A stretch of 64,000 nt of DNA, taken from Pseudomonadota bacterium (GTDB taxonomy: Bacteria > Pseudomonadota > Gammaproteobacteria > JAKAQQ01). Location: the NCBI GenBank assembly GCA_027320085.1, contig DAHVLZ010000036.1, positions 44,403-108,402 of the forward strand, given 5' to 3'. Of this stretch, positions 8,188 through 16,785 are shown piece by piece. The stretch's first letter is position 1. Every line of letters begins with the position of its first letter. Position numbers and translations under genes: made by a program. The notes under the pieces were generated by a model. It was not told the origin of the DNA. It saw nothing but the letters and a program-made list of their open reading frames with translations, and did not search any database.

Positions 8188-9813
8188 TCAGGCCCGAACT
8201 CGGCGGGCAGTCAGGGTCACAAAAATCATCTTGCGCTGCCGGCTGTTTCCGGAAAACCAGGACAAGAGCCCCTGGTCATCTTGTCGACTCTTCTCAATCT
8301 GCTCGAAACCGGCGAGAACCAGGGTTTGTCCACTTCGCATGATGACTCGCTGGACGAAACGCTGAGAACTCACACTCGGTACCTGGATTGATTCGCCACC
8401 CGAGGTAATGGTGGTCAGCGAATTGAGTGTGGCAAGGTCGATCGCGTACTGCATGGCCATTTCCCGACCAGCCAAGATCCTGGGCACGACGATCATCGAG
8501 AATCCGGTTGTAACCTCTCCGGGTGTCAGTGCTGTCGATTGTCCGACCAGGGTGGAGGCGGTGGTCTGGGCACTGGCCAGGTACCCCACGGTCTTGGTGA
8601 CCTGGATCGGCAGTGGTTGGCCCTGGAGCGCAATGCCAGAACCCTGGGTCATGAGCGCTACATGGCCGTACTGGCTCAAGGCCTCAACCAGGAAATGACT
8701 CCCCGAGTATTGCCCGATTCGTCCCGTAGCGGTATCGAGCATGGTGGCTGAGAGCGTGGCAGCTCCACCGACGGAAGCCACCGGGCTGGCCCCGGTCACT
8801 GTAACTCCATATGTCCGGGCCAAGTTGTTAAAAACGACATTCAAATTGAAGCTCCGGAGCGTCGCATTAGTGAGATCCAGAGAATAGACACGGACGCTCA
8901 CTGAGACTTCCCTTTGCATCACCCGGTTGATGGAGGCGAGATATCGCCCCACCCGACGCAGGATCATGGGTCGATCTGTGACTGTGACCGTTCCGGCCTC
9001 CGGGTTGGCAAAAACGGTTCCATGGAGAGTGAGCATCGACTTGAGGTTAGCCACGAGTCGGCTCCAAAAATTATTGCGTTGAGTCTGCGTCACGGTCTGG
9101 CTGCTCGTTTCGCTGGCCCCGCCTGTGGCACCACCCTGGCTCCCCAAATCACTTTGGTTAGTGAGCATCAGAGACGTTCCCATCGAACCGGGCAGGACGG
9201 CGAGTGCAAACACTCGGGTTTCGTAACGAAAAAATCGGATCGCACCATGCCACCAGCGCCATGAGAGTCCATAATGGGCAGCGATTTTATTGAGAAGCCC
9301 AGACAGAGCCCCCCGGTAGCTGATCCGCATGACCCGACCGGTCGCACGCAACAGTGCTCGTTGGGTTTCCTGCTGTCCGATTTCGGTCTGTTGTTGTGCA
9401 AGCAGCGCGCCCAACCGCACTGGCAGCCCGGAAACCTGTGAGATCCGATCAATCAGCTGGTAGAGATAAAGATGGCGGGTTACCAGCGTGACCGTCTCGT
9501 GAAAAACGGACGGACGAGAATGGGACATGACCAATGGGATGGGCCGGCCACTGCCGAAGTAGTAGCCTTTGTGGATACGCAGCGCTCGGGGCGGAAGCTC
9601 CCTTGACTGCCGGGCCGCCAAACCGGATAACTGTCTTCGGGATAGAGCCAGCCCTGAACGACCAGAATGGGTCATCGCACAACCTGAAAGCAAAGTTACA
9701 AGAACAATCCCGGGCCAACGGAACGCCTTGCCGGGTTTATGCCTGGAGACAGGCCACCTCCATCCGGTGATCCCTGCAACCCATAACCGAGCAGCCATCG
9801 GCATGCTTCTCAC
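8188..9813 (-). CDS. pilN: Type IVb pilus outer-membrane secretin (liposecretin) PilN
   Basis: Lipobox LLSGC; secretin motifs TVTVTDRP, GQPLPIQV, LTPGEVTTGFSM, QRVIMRSGQTLVLAGFEQ; exact start uncertain. Confidence 0.9.
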   Translation of the reverse strand: MRSMPMAARLWVAGITGWRWPVSRHKPGKAFRWPGIVLVTLLSGCAMTHSGRSGLALSRRQLSGLAARQSRELPPRALRIHKGYYFGSGRPIPLVMSHSRPSVFHETVTLVTRHLYLYQLIDRISQVSGLPVRLGALLAQQQTEIGQQETQRALLRATGRVMRISYRGALSGLLNKIAAHYGLSWRWWHGAIRFFRYETRVFALAVLPGSMGTSLMLTNQSDLGSQGGATGGASETSSQTVTQTQRNNFWSRLVANLKSMLTLHGTVFANPEAGTVTVTDRPMILRRVGRYLASINRVMQREVSVSVRVYSLDLTNATLRSFNLNVVFNNLARTYGVTVTGASPVASVGGAATLSATMLDTATGRIGQYSGSHFLVEALSQYGHVALMTQGSGIALQGQPLPIQVTKTVGYLASAQTTASTLVGQSTALTPGEVTTGFSMIVVPRILAGREMAMQYAIDLATLNSLTTITSGGESIQVPSVSSQRFVQRVIMRSGQTLVLAGFEQIEKSRQDDQGLLSWFSGNSRQRKMIFVTLTARRVRA

Positions 9814-10244
9814 CGAAACCTACCGGCTGCTCGATGAATGATGAGAACACGGTTTTTCCGGTAGAGAACCGCCCTGACCGGGGAGCCTGCGCGTTGTAGT
9901 GCCCGCACCAGAACTTTGAGCGCTTGGATAAAGGAACCATGGACGACCGCACGCGTCGTCAAAAGATAGTCCTTGGGACTTTTCCAGACAAGCTGGTAAT
10001 CCGAACGAGCAGTCCACCGCCGGAGTTCATGGTGAAGACTGCCTGGGAACACGAGCCAGGTTCGCGATCCTGTGGCATGGCGCTGGTGGATCCTTCGAGA
10101 AACGTGAAAAGGATACCGTGCAGCATGCTCGACTTTGAAAAGCACTGGAGCACCGTTACGATGCATGCCGGCAGCTCGACCGGGTCGCGGAATCAGCATC
10201 AGTCCGACTAAGAATCCGACGGACCATCCGGAACGCACGTTCAC
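9810..10244 (-). CDS. TcpQ-domain (PilL-like) periplasmic pilus protein
   Basis: GTG at 10244 overlaps the upstream TGA; signal peptide; TcpQ-like W....GSLHHELRRW....YQLVW...DY...GSF..AL...YRKNRVLII. Confidence 0.7.
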   Translation of the reverse strand: MNVRSGWSVGFLVGLMLIPRPGRAAGMHRNGAPVLFKVEHAARYPFHVSRRIHQRHATGSRTWLVFPGSLHHELRRWTARSDYQLVWKSPKDYLLTTRAVVHGSFIQALKVLVRALQRAGSPVRAVLYRKNRVLIIHRAAGRFR

Positions 10245-10900
10245 AAACCCAGCGCCACGGCAACCACACGATTGCCACCGTAAACTCGGATCTTGAGAAT
10301 CCGTCCTCGCGAGCGGGCCCAAAGCGTGAGCGCGCGCAAGGCATGCCAAAGCCGGAGGTGGCCCCGATGCTCGTGCTGAACTCGCCAAGCAGGTCCCTTC
10401 CAGACCAATCGGTACCCGGCAAGCATGCACCAATGCAAAAGTTGACGACGGAGGTTGCCGGGGTGCAGGCGCCACTCCCGGAGCGGACCTCCCCCTCCAT
10501 GCTTCAGTGGCTTCTTCAAGCGGGCTTCACCCGTTCGTGCGGAATCTGCTAGGAGAAGGAGATGCCCTTTTTGGAGAGTGAGCACTACCTCGGGAGCCAA
10601 CCCGTCGACAACCCAGTAAGGGTCTTCGCGGAACACGGGCAGGGACTTTGCCCCAAGAGAGCTGCCGGCTGCCGCACGGATCGGCTGACAGTCTGGATGG
10701 TGGTTCATCCACAAGAAGATTTCCCGTCCGTTGTCGTAGGCGATCCGTGGCAGGCAGCGGGAACCCATTACTCGGTAATCGAAGTGGTAACGTCCATATG
10801 CCACTCCACCAAGGGCCAGCCCAACGATTAAGAGTCCAGCCTGGACGGCTTTGGAGTCATATCTCGCACGACGCACTCTGAGTGGAGGCGGTAGAATCAT
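10241..10900 (-). CDS. TcpQ-domain protein with N-terminal TrbG/VirB9-like segment
   Basis: Signal/TM; YHFDYRV...PRIAYDNGREIFL resembles the VirB9/TrbG C-domain; C-terminal LRRQLLHWCMLAGYRLVW...YGGNRVV TcpQ-like domain. Confidence 0.65.
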   Translation of the reverse strand: MILPPPLRVRRARYDSKAVQAGLLIVGLALGGVAYGRYHFDYRVMGSRCLPRIAYDNGREIFLWMNHHPDCQPIRAAAGSSLGAKSLPVFREDPYWVVDGLAPEVVLTLQKGHLLLLADSARTGEARLKKPLKHGGGGPLREWRLHPGNLRRQLLHWCMLAGYRLVWKGPAWRVQHEHRGHLRLWHALRALTLWARSRGRILKIRVYGGNRVVAVALGL

Positions 10901-11046
10901 GGCCCCGGATCTCCCGTGAAATCGGAGGGACAGCTTGCCGGACCGGATGGCATGCGAACAGCTTCAAATCCGCTGTTTCTGCCGGATTAGCCCAAATCAC
11001 TTCGGCTATGCTCCCCTCTCCAGGCCCCCCCCTACCAGGAGTCACA

Positions 11047-12210
11047 TTGCCCGAGCCGTCCAACCCTACTTCCTCCCTCACCTTCATCGGCCTACTCTCT
11101 GGCACGAGCGCCGATGGGGCAGATTGTGCAATCGTTGATTTCGGTCCGCCCCGTCCCCACCTGGAAGCGTTTCAGACGGTGCCTTATCCCTCAGAACTCC
11201 GTGCCCAGATTCTGGATCTGGCCTCCTCAAATTACAGGGGGCGAGATCCCCTGGATTTTCTCGGAGCACTGGATGCTGAGCTTGGGGAGTTCTTCGGCCA
11301 GACCGTCATCCGGATTTTATCTGAATCCGGAATTTCCTCACGCCGGATCCAAGCCATCGGCAGTCATGGCCAAACCGTTCGTCATCGGCCGAAGGGTACC
11401 TATCCGTTTACGATCCAGATCGGCGACCCGAACCGGATCGCTGCCCAAAGCGGGATCCTCACGGTCGCGGATTTCAGGAGGATGGACCTGGCTTATGGTG
11501 GAGGAGGTGCTCCTCTCGTGCCCTCGTTCTGGAACGAATGCCTGGAACCGGATTCCCCAGCGTCCCGGGCAAAGACCGTCATCCTGAATCTTGGAGGCAT
11601 TGCCAACCTCACCTTGCTGCCTCCCTTGGTGCCAGAGGTCATGGGGTTTGATACTGGGCCCGCCAATACCTTACTTGATGGCTGGGTTTCCGAGCAGACG
11701 GGTCAACCCTGTGACCAAGATGGCTTTTTCTCCAGCCAAGGACGGGTCATCCCGGAACTCCTCGAGGATCTCGCCCGGGACGACTACTTTAGTCGTCCGC
11801 CACCCAAAAGCACCGGACCGGAATATTTCAGTAGGGATTGGCTCCAGTCACGGCTTGCCCAGCAGCATGTCCACGCAACTGCCCCGGACATTGCCCGTAC
11901 ACTCACCGCGTTGACCGCATTTACGGTCACACAGGCAGTCCTCGCTCATGCACCTGCAGGAAATCGCCTTCTGGTCAGCGGAGGAGGGGGGAAAAACCCA
12001 CTTTTCATGGAGGAAATCCGACACCGCCTCCCCGGCTGGACAGTAACGACCACCCGGGCTGTCGGGTTTGACCCGGATGCGCTTGAGGCCATAGCATTTG
12101 CATGGCTGGCTTGGAAAAGGCTCTCTCATGAACCGGCGAGCCTACCCTCGGTAACCGGGGCCCGGAAGCCTGCTGTACTGGGCGCCATTTACAGACCTCC
12201 CCCAGCTTGA
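11047..12210 (+). CDS. anmK: Anhydro-N-acetylmuramic acid kinase
   Basis: IGLLSGTSADGAD, GSHGQTVRH, DFRRMDLAYGGGGAPL, NLGGIAN, FDTGPAN, PKSTGPEYF; TTG start after AGGAG. Confidence 0.96.
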   Translation: MPEPSNPTSSLTFIGLLSGTSADGADCAIVDFGPPRPHLEAFQTVPYPSELRAQILDLASSNYRGRDPLDFLGALDAELGEFFGQTVIRILSESGISSRRIQAIGSHGQTVRHRPKGTYPFTIQIGDPNRIAAQSGILTVADFRRMDLAYGGGGAPLVPSFWNECLEPDSPASRAKTVILNLGGIANLTLLPPLVPEVMGFDTGPANTLLDGWVSEQTGQPCDQDGFFSSQGRVIPELLEDLARDDYFSRPPPKSTGPEYFSRDWLQSRLAQQHVHATAPDIARTLTALTAFTVTQAVLAHAPAGNRLLVSGGGGKNPLFMEEIRHRLPGWTVTTTRAVGFDPDALEAIAFAWLAWKRLSHEPASLPSVTGARKPAVLGAIYRPPPA

Positions 12211-12228
12211 TCGGCACTGATTGACCTT

Positions 12229-12256
12229 GGAACTTACCGATTGAATAGCACTCCAG
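12229..12256 (+). promoter_or_regulatory. Possible sigmaE promoter of rpoH
   Basis: GGAACTT-N16-TCCAG; the -35 matches the sigmaE consensus, the -10 is only a partial match. Confidence 0.4.
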
Positions 12257-12271
12257 GTAGCAGAGTGCTAA
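12245..12271. promoter_or_regulatory. CIRCE element (HrcA operator) upstream of rpoH
   Basis: aTAGCACTC-N9(caggtagca)-GAGTGCTAA; 17/18 match to TTAGCACTC-N9-GAGTGCTAA; ends 41 nt before the ATG. Confidence 0.9.
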
Positions 12272-12312
12272 AATATCTCCCAAGTCATGGTGCATTAGGC
12301 GAGGTTCGCTTT

Positions 12313-13197
12313 ATGAATCAAGAACTTGAAGCTTTCCAAGCCATAACCCAAAGTCCCCAGCAGAGTCTGGAAGCCTATCTCAAGGCGATCCGCCGTATTC
12401 CGGTGCTGTCGCCCGACGAAGAACGGGAACTATTCCGCCGGTACCGGCAGGATGGCGATCTTTTTTCGGCCCAGAAACTCGTCTTGTCCAACCTCCGCTT
12501 TGTGGTCTACATCGCGAGAAGTTATCGCAACTATGGCCTTCCCATGGGTGATCTCGTCCAAGAAGGCAACATCGGACTCATGAAAGCGGTCAAACATTTC
12601 AACCCCGAGCGGGGCGTTCGGCTGATCAGCTTTGCAGTCCATTGGATTCGGGCGGAGATCCATGAATTTATCATCCGGAATTGGCGCCTGGTCAAAATTG
12701 CCACGACAAAAGCCCAGCGCCGTCTTTTCTTCAACCTCCGCAAGCACCTCAAGGGTCCGGGGAGCCTAACGGCCGCGGAAGCCGCGAGGATCGCACAAGA
12801 CTTGAGAGTCAGCCCGGCGGAGGTACACCATATGGAGACTCGGCTTCTGGGACATGAAATCAGCCTGAACGGGCGGACAGATGCCGCGGGCGAAGAGATG
12901 GAGTCGCCACGTGCTCCCATCGAATGGCTGGCAGATGAGACCAGCCGGGATCCAGAGTCTCTGCTCGAGCAGGCAGACTCAGAAAGACATGAGCACCGGA
13001 GCCTAGAGGCAGCCCTAGAAAAACTGGATGATCGCAGTCGTGAGATCGTGCGTGCCCGCTGGCTCGGAAGTAGTGAAAAGCCCGCACTCAAGGTTCTGGC
13101 AGAACGTTTTGGTATCTCGGTCGAAAGAGTCCGCCAGATTGAGGCTAAGGCTTTGGGTCGCCTGCGTCAGGAACTCGGACCACTCGCTGCAACCTGA
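12313..13197 (+). CDS. rpoH: RNA polymerase heat-shock sigma factor sigma32
   Basis: DLVQEGNIGLMKAV, AVHWIRAEIHEF, RpoH box KIATTKAQRRLFFNLR; ATG after GAGG. Confidence 0.97.
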   Translation: MNQELEAFQAITQSPQQSLEAYLKAIRRIPVLSPDEERELFRRYRQDGDLFSAQKLVLSNLRFVVYIARSYRNYGLPMGDLVQEGNIGLMKAVKHFNPERGVRLISFAVHWIRAEIHEFIIRNWRLVKIATTKAQRRLFFNLRKHLKGPGSLTAAEAARIAQDLRVSPAEVHHMETRLLGHEISLNGRTDAAGEEMESPRAPIEWLADETSRDPESLLEQADSERHEHRSLEAALEKLDDRSREIVRARWLGSSEKPALKVLAERFGISVERVRQIEAKALGRLRQELGPLAAT

Positions 13198-13218
13198 ATT
13201 CTCTCTAGTTGATTCGGA

Positions 13219-14139
13219 TCAGGCGCTCCCCCACGGCGGGGTCACGTAGTGTCCCACGAGCAGAAACGCGAAAAGCAGGGACAGATACCAGATGGAGTAC
13301 CGGAATAGCGCGAGCGCAGAGGGCACCGGTTGGGCAGCCCGGGTGAGCCGCACCAGCCCGGCGAGAAAACCACCGTTCAATGCCGTCACACCAGCCAGGT
13401 AAATCCACCCGCCATAACCAAGCAGTCCCGGCAGGTAGCTGATGGCATTCAGCAGGATCGTATAAAGCACGATCTGCAGGATCGTGAACCGCTCACCATG
13501 GGTTACGGGGAGCATGGGAATTCCTGCACGCTCGTAATCGCTCCGGCGGCCAATGGCCAGGGACCAGAAATGGGGCGGAGTCCACACAAAGATAATCATG
13601 AACAGGCTGAGGCTGACCGCTGAGATGTGATCGGTCATCGCTGTCCAGCCGAGGATCGGGGGTGCCGCTCCCGCTGCCCCTCCGATCACGATGTTCTGCG
13701 GGGTGGTTTTCTTGAGGAAACGCGTATAGACGAGGCCATAGCCGATCAGCGAGACCAGGGTGAGAACGGCCGTGAGTCTATTCACGGCAACAACCAGAAT
13801 GATCAAGGCCGCCGTGGCCAGAAGCCAGGCCCAGCAGAGAACCTGCCATGGCAGGAGATGCCCCTGGGGAAGGGGGCGATAACGTGTCCTCAGCATCTGG
13901 GCATCGATACGCCGGTCCAGGAGATGGTTAAACGCGGCTGCGGAGGCTGCGGCACATCCAATTCCAACTGTCGCCGCACACAAAAGACCCAGGGGTGGCC
14001 ACCCGGGAACCGCAAGCAACATACCAACCAAGGCAGTAAACACGATCAGCGAGACCACCCGGGGCTTCGTCACCCCGATGAGATCGCGCCAATTCACAAG
14101 TAGCAGAGTCTTTAGCGGGGAGACGGGGCGGGCGTCCAC
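13219..14139 (-). CDS. cyoE: Protoheme IX farnesyltransferase (heme O synthase)
   Basis: TKPRVV, DRRIDAQMLRTRYRPLP, LKKTTPQNIVIGGAAGA, WTPPHFW. Confidence 0.96.
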   Translation of the reverse strand: MDARPVSPLKTLLLVNWRDLIGVTKPRVVSLIVFTALVGMLLAVPGWPPLGLLCAATVGIGCAAASAAAFNHLLDRRIDAQMLRTRYRPLPQGHLLPWQVLCWAWLLATAALIILVVAVNRLTAVLTLVSLIGYGLVYTRFLKKTTPQNIVIGGAAGAAPPILGWTAMTDHISAVSLSLFMIIFVWTPPHFWSLAIGRRSDYERAGIPMLPVTHGERFTILQIVLYTILLNAISYLPGLLGYGGWIYLAGVTALNGGFLAGLVRLTRAAQPVPSALALFRYSIWYLSLLFAFLLVGHYVTPPWGSA

Positions 14140-15137
14140 AACGCATAGACCAGAAGCGAGACCGCACCCAGCAGGAGCGCAGCAAAAAAGGTATGGCTGA
14201 CAGCAAGCCAGCGCGGCATGCCAATTGTCGCCATGCTGACCCCGATGGTCACTTGAATGACCGTGAGACCCGCGACCACGGCACTCATCAACCTAACGGT
14301 CCTTCTCCGGCAGCGGACCCAAAGGGCTGCCGCCCACGCCATCACAGTGACGGAAACCACGAGCGCCCCGAGACGGTGCAGGAAGTAGATCGCCGCCCGT
14401 GCACGCAGTGGGAGCGTGCCCCCTTGGTAATTGACACCCAGACGGTTCCAGAGCACGAAAGCCCGTCCGTACGCAAGGTGCTGAGGCCACCAGCGACCGA
14501 GACAGGTCGGGAAATCCGGACAACCGACCCAAGCGTAATGCGTACTGGTCCAAGCCCCAAGGAAGATCTGAATCACTAGGAAGGAAAGCGCAACGAGCCC
14601 TATCCTGCGTCCCCATGGAGACAGGACCTCCCCCCGCCAGCTGAAGGTGCCGGTGTCTCGAGCCCAGAGGAGAAGCAAGCAGTCCCAGATCAAAAGCGCT
14701 CCCAGTAGGTGTCCGACCACAACGAGTGGCTCGAGCTCAAGGGTGACGGTCCACATGCCCAGAGCCGCTTGCAGGACGACGAGTCCCAGGATGACCCAAG
14801 GGAGCCTCCGCGGCCGCTGCTCCCGCTGGCGCGCTTTGGAAAGTGACAATAGCGCGATCACCAAGATCACAAGACCGAGACCGCCGGCAAGGTAACGGTG
14901 GAACATCTCCTTGAAGGCCTGAGCTGGACGGAGCGGCCGACCGGGGTGCAATCGGTCGGCTTGTCGAATGGCCATTGCCCGGGTCGGTACCACCAGGTGT
15001 CCATAGCATGCGGGCCAGCTTGGACAGGACAGACCTGCATTGGACAGCCGGACATAGGCCCCCACGGCTATCAGCGCCAGTGTCCAGACGATTGCCAGTG
15101 CCGTAAATACCCGGAACCAGTCCCAGCGCCTGCGCAT
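14112..15137 (-). CDS. ctaA: Heme A synthase (COX15/CtaA)
   Basis: GAYVRLSNAGLSCPSWPACYG, EMFHRYLAG, GCPDFPTC, multiple TM helices. Confidence 0.93.
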   Translation of the reverse strand: MRRRWDWFRVFTALAIVWTLALIAVGAYVRLSNAGLSCPSWPACYGHLVVPTRAMAIRQADRLHPGRPLRPAQAFKEMFHRYLAGGLGLVILVIALLSLSKARQREQRPRRLPWVILGLVVLQAALGMWTVTLELEPLVVVGHLLGALLIWDCLLLLWARDTGTFSWRGEVLSPWGRRIGLVALSFLVIQIFLGAWTSTHYAWVGCPDFPTCLGRWWPQHLAYGRAFVLWNRLGVNYQGGTLPLRARAAIYFLHRLGALVVSVTVMAWAAALWVRCRRRTVRLMSAVVAGLTVIQVTIGVSMATIGMPRWLAVSHTFFAALLLGAVSLLVYALWTPAPSPR

Positions 15138-15748
15138 CAGCTGATCTCGGAAACGGAGAGCAAGCGTTTGAGATCATGGAGCAATCCGGCCGGATTGACA
15201 GCGGCCGGATACGACATCATGAGGTTACCCATGGGATCGACTAAATAGATACGCTGCCCGAGGTGAGCATGTGACGCCTTGAAAAACTGTCGGATAAAAT
15301 CCCGGCCGGTCCGGCCCCTAGCCATGACGATGGTGAGATCTGGGTCCTCGACCCTGAGAAATGCGAGCTTCCGTGGGTGCTGGGTCACCACATAGAGACG
15401 TTGCACACGGCGAATCTGCTCCCCCAAGGCGAGGCGGATCTGGCGGGTAGCATAAATCGCCGCCCGGCAATCGGGATCGCAATTAGCTCCGCCGATGTAA
15501 ACCAAGGTCCAACGACCATGAAAATAGCGGGAGCCGTCGGCTTGGGGACCGGCAATCCACTGGAGCGGGGTGATCCGCAGTTTGACCGGCGGGGTAATCA
15601 GGTTCCCATAGTTTGTGGTCTGACCTACCCCCCACTGGTCTACATTGACGTACCAAAGCCCGGCGATCATGAAAGGCAAGGCAAAAACGCCAATCAGGGC
15701 GACCCAGATAGCCCATCGCGGGAAGAAAGACTGGCGGGTTGCGTTCAT
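15137..15748 (-). CDS. SCO-like thioredoxin-fold cytochrome oxidase assembly protein
   Basis: N-terminal TM, TNYGNLITPP, CDPDC (CxxxC), YLVDPMGNLMMSYP, DLKRLL; usual position after SURF1. Confidence 0.8.
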   Translation of the reverse strand: MNATRQSFFPRWAIWVALIGVFALPFMIAGLWYVNVDQWGVGQTTNYGNLITPPVKLRITPLQWIAGPQADGSRYFHGRWTLVYIGGANCDPDCRAAIYATRQIRLALGEQIRRVQRLYVVTQHPRKLAFLRVEDPDLTIVMARGRTGRDFIRQFFKASHAHLGQRIYLVDPMGNLMMSYPAAVNPAGLLHDLKRLLSVSEIS

Positions 15749-16464
15749 GAAGGAGACTTCCGCTGCAGGTTAAGGCCGATCCACACGCCCAGAACAACTA
15801 AGGCCAAGATTGTCCATTGCACAGCATAGCCGAAATGCTGCTCGGGTCCGATTTTCTTGATCGGCCTCCACTGGCGGACGAAGCCACCTGGCTGATGGGG
15901 ACCCAGTAACAGCACGAGATGCGTAAGTCGGTGCCGATAAAGCGCCTCTAAGTAACGATGGGAAGGGTAGAGGACCGGCTTAGGCCAATGGGGAGGGACT
16001 GGTCCGCGTCCGAGGCGGAGCGCGGGGCGCGGGATCCGGCCGGCGTATCCCACAAGTCGAACGGTTCCATGGGGAAGCTGTTTATCCAAGTCCTTCCGCG
16101 TCGCACCCAACGGACTAGTGGGTATCCATCCACGGTCGACCGGAATCCAGGCCAGGCTCGCACGGGGCCGGAAAACACTCACGACCTCTGAGCCGATTTC
16201 GTTTCGATGGTAAAGGTCGATGAGAAGAAGGTCCCTTTTCCGGAGATACCGTCCTTGAATGGAGATCCGCTCAAAGGGTGCGGTAGAAAATCCTGGGGAC
16301 CAGGGCGCAGACCGTGCCCGGGCACTTGTTTGAAGCGTCCTTAGCTGGCTTTCGCCATGCCAAGCAGCATGCCACTGCCAATGTGCGAGAAAACTAAATC
16401 CCACGATCAGGATCCAGGCCGCAATGGTGGGCCACCACCTCGGTCGAAAGCGCCAGCCGATCAT
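15745..16464 (-). CDS. SURF1 family cytochrome oxidase assembly protein
   Basis: LAHWQ, VDRGWIP, HFGYAVQW motifs and two terminal TMs; start could be 16500. Confidence 0.9.
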   Translation of the reverse strand: MIGWRFRPRWWPTIAAWILIVGFSFLAHWQWHAAWHGESQLRTLQTSARARSAPWSPGFSTAPFERISIQGRYLRKRDLLLIDLYHRNEIGSEVVSVFRPRASLAWIPVDRGWIPTSPLGATRKDLDKQLPHGTVRLVGYAGRIPRPALRLGRGPVPPHWPKPVLYPSHRYLEALYRHRLTHLVLLLGPHQPGGFVRQWRPIKKIGPEQHFGYAVQWTILALVVLGVWIGLNLQRKSPS

Positions 16465-16547
16465 CCACAGTCCACCATGGTCATGGAGCGTAAAACCCAT
16501 GGCATACTAGGGCTCGGCTCCGCTCACCGAGGTCCCCGGTCGCAGCC

Positions 16548-16769
16548 ATGCTTTTCAAGATCGTCATTGTCGCGCTCTTCATCGTGATCGTCGCCACCTT
16601 GTTTCAAGGACTGTGGTTCCTGTTCAAGGATCGAGGAGAAAGCACCCGCACGGTCCGGGCTCTGTCCTGGCGGATCGGACTTTCCCTCGTCCTTTTTCTG
16701 CTACTGATGCTGGGTTATTGGCTTGGCTGGATCCATCCGCATGGCATCCAGCCCGGTATGCCGGGATAG
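16548..16769 (+). CDS. Twin transmembrane helix small protein (DUF2909-like)
   Basis: 73 aa, two TMs, RTVRALSWRIGLS and GWIHPHG motifs; typical opposite-strand gene between cox3 and SURF1. Confidence 0.88.
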   Translation: MLFKIVIVALFIVIVATLFQGLWFLFKDRGESTRTVRALSWRIGLSLVLFLLLMLGYWLGWIHPHGIQPGMPG

Positions 16770-16785
16770 CTGTGCCTGACCCGAT

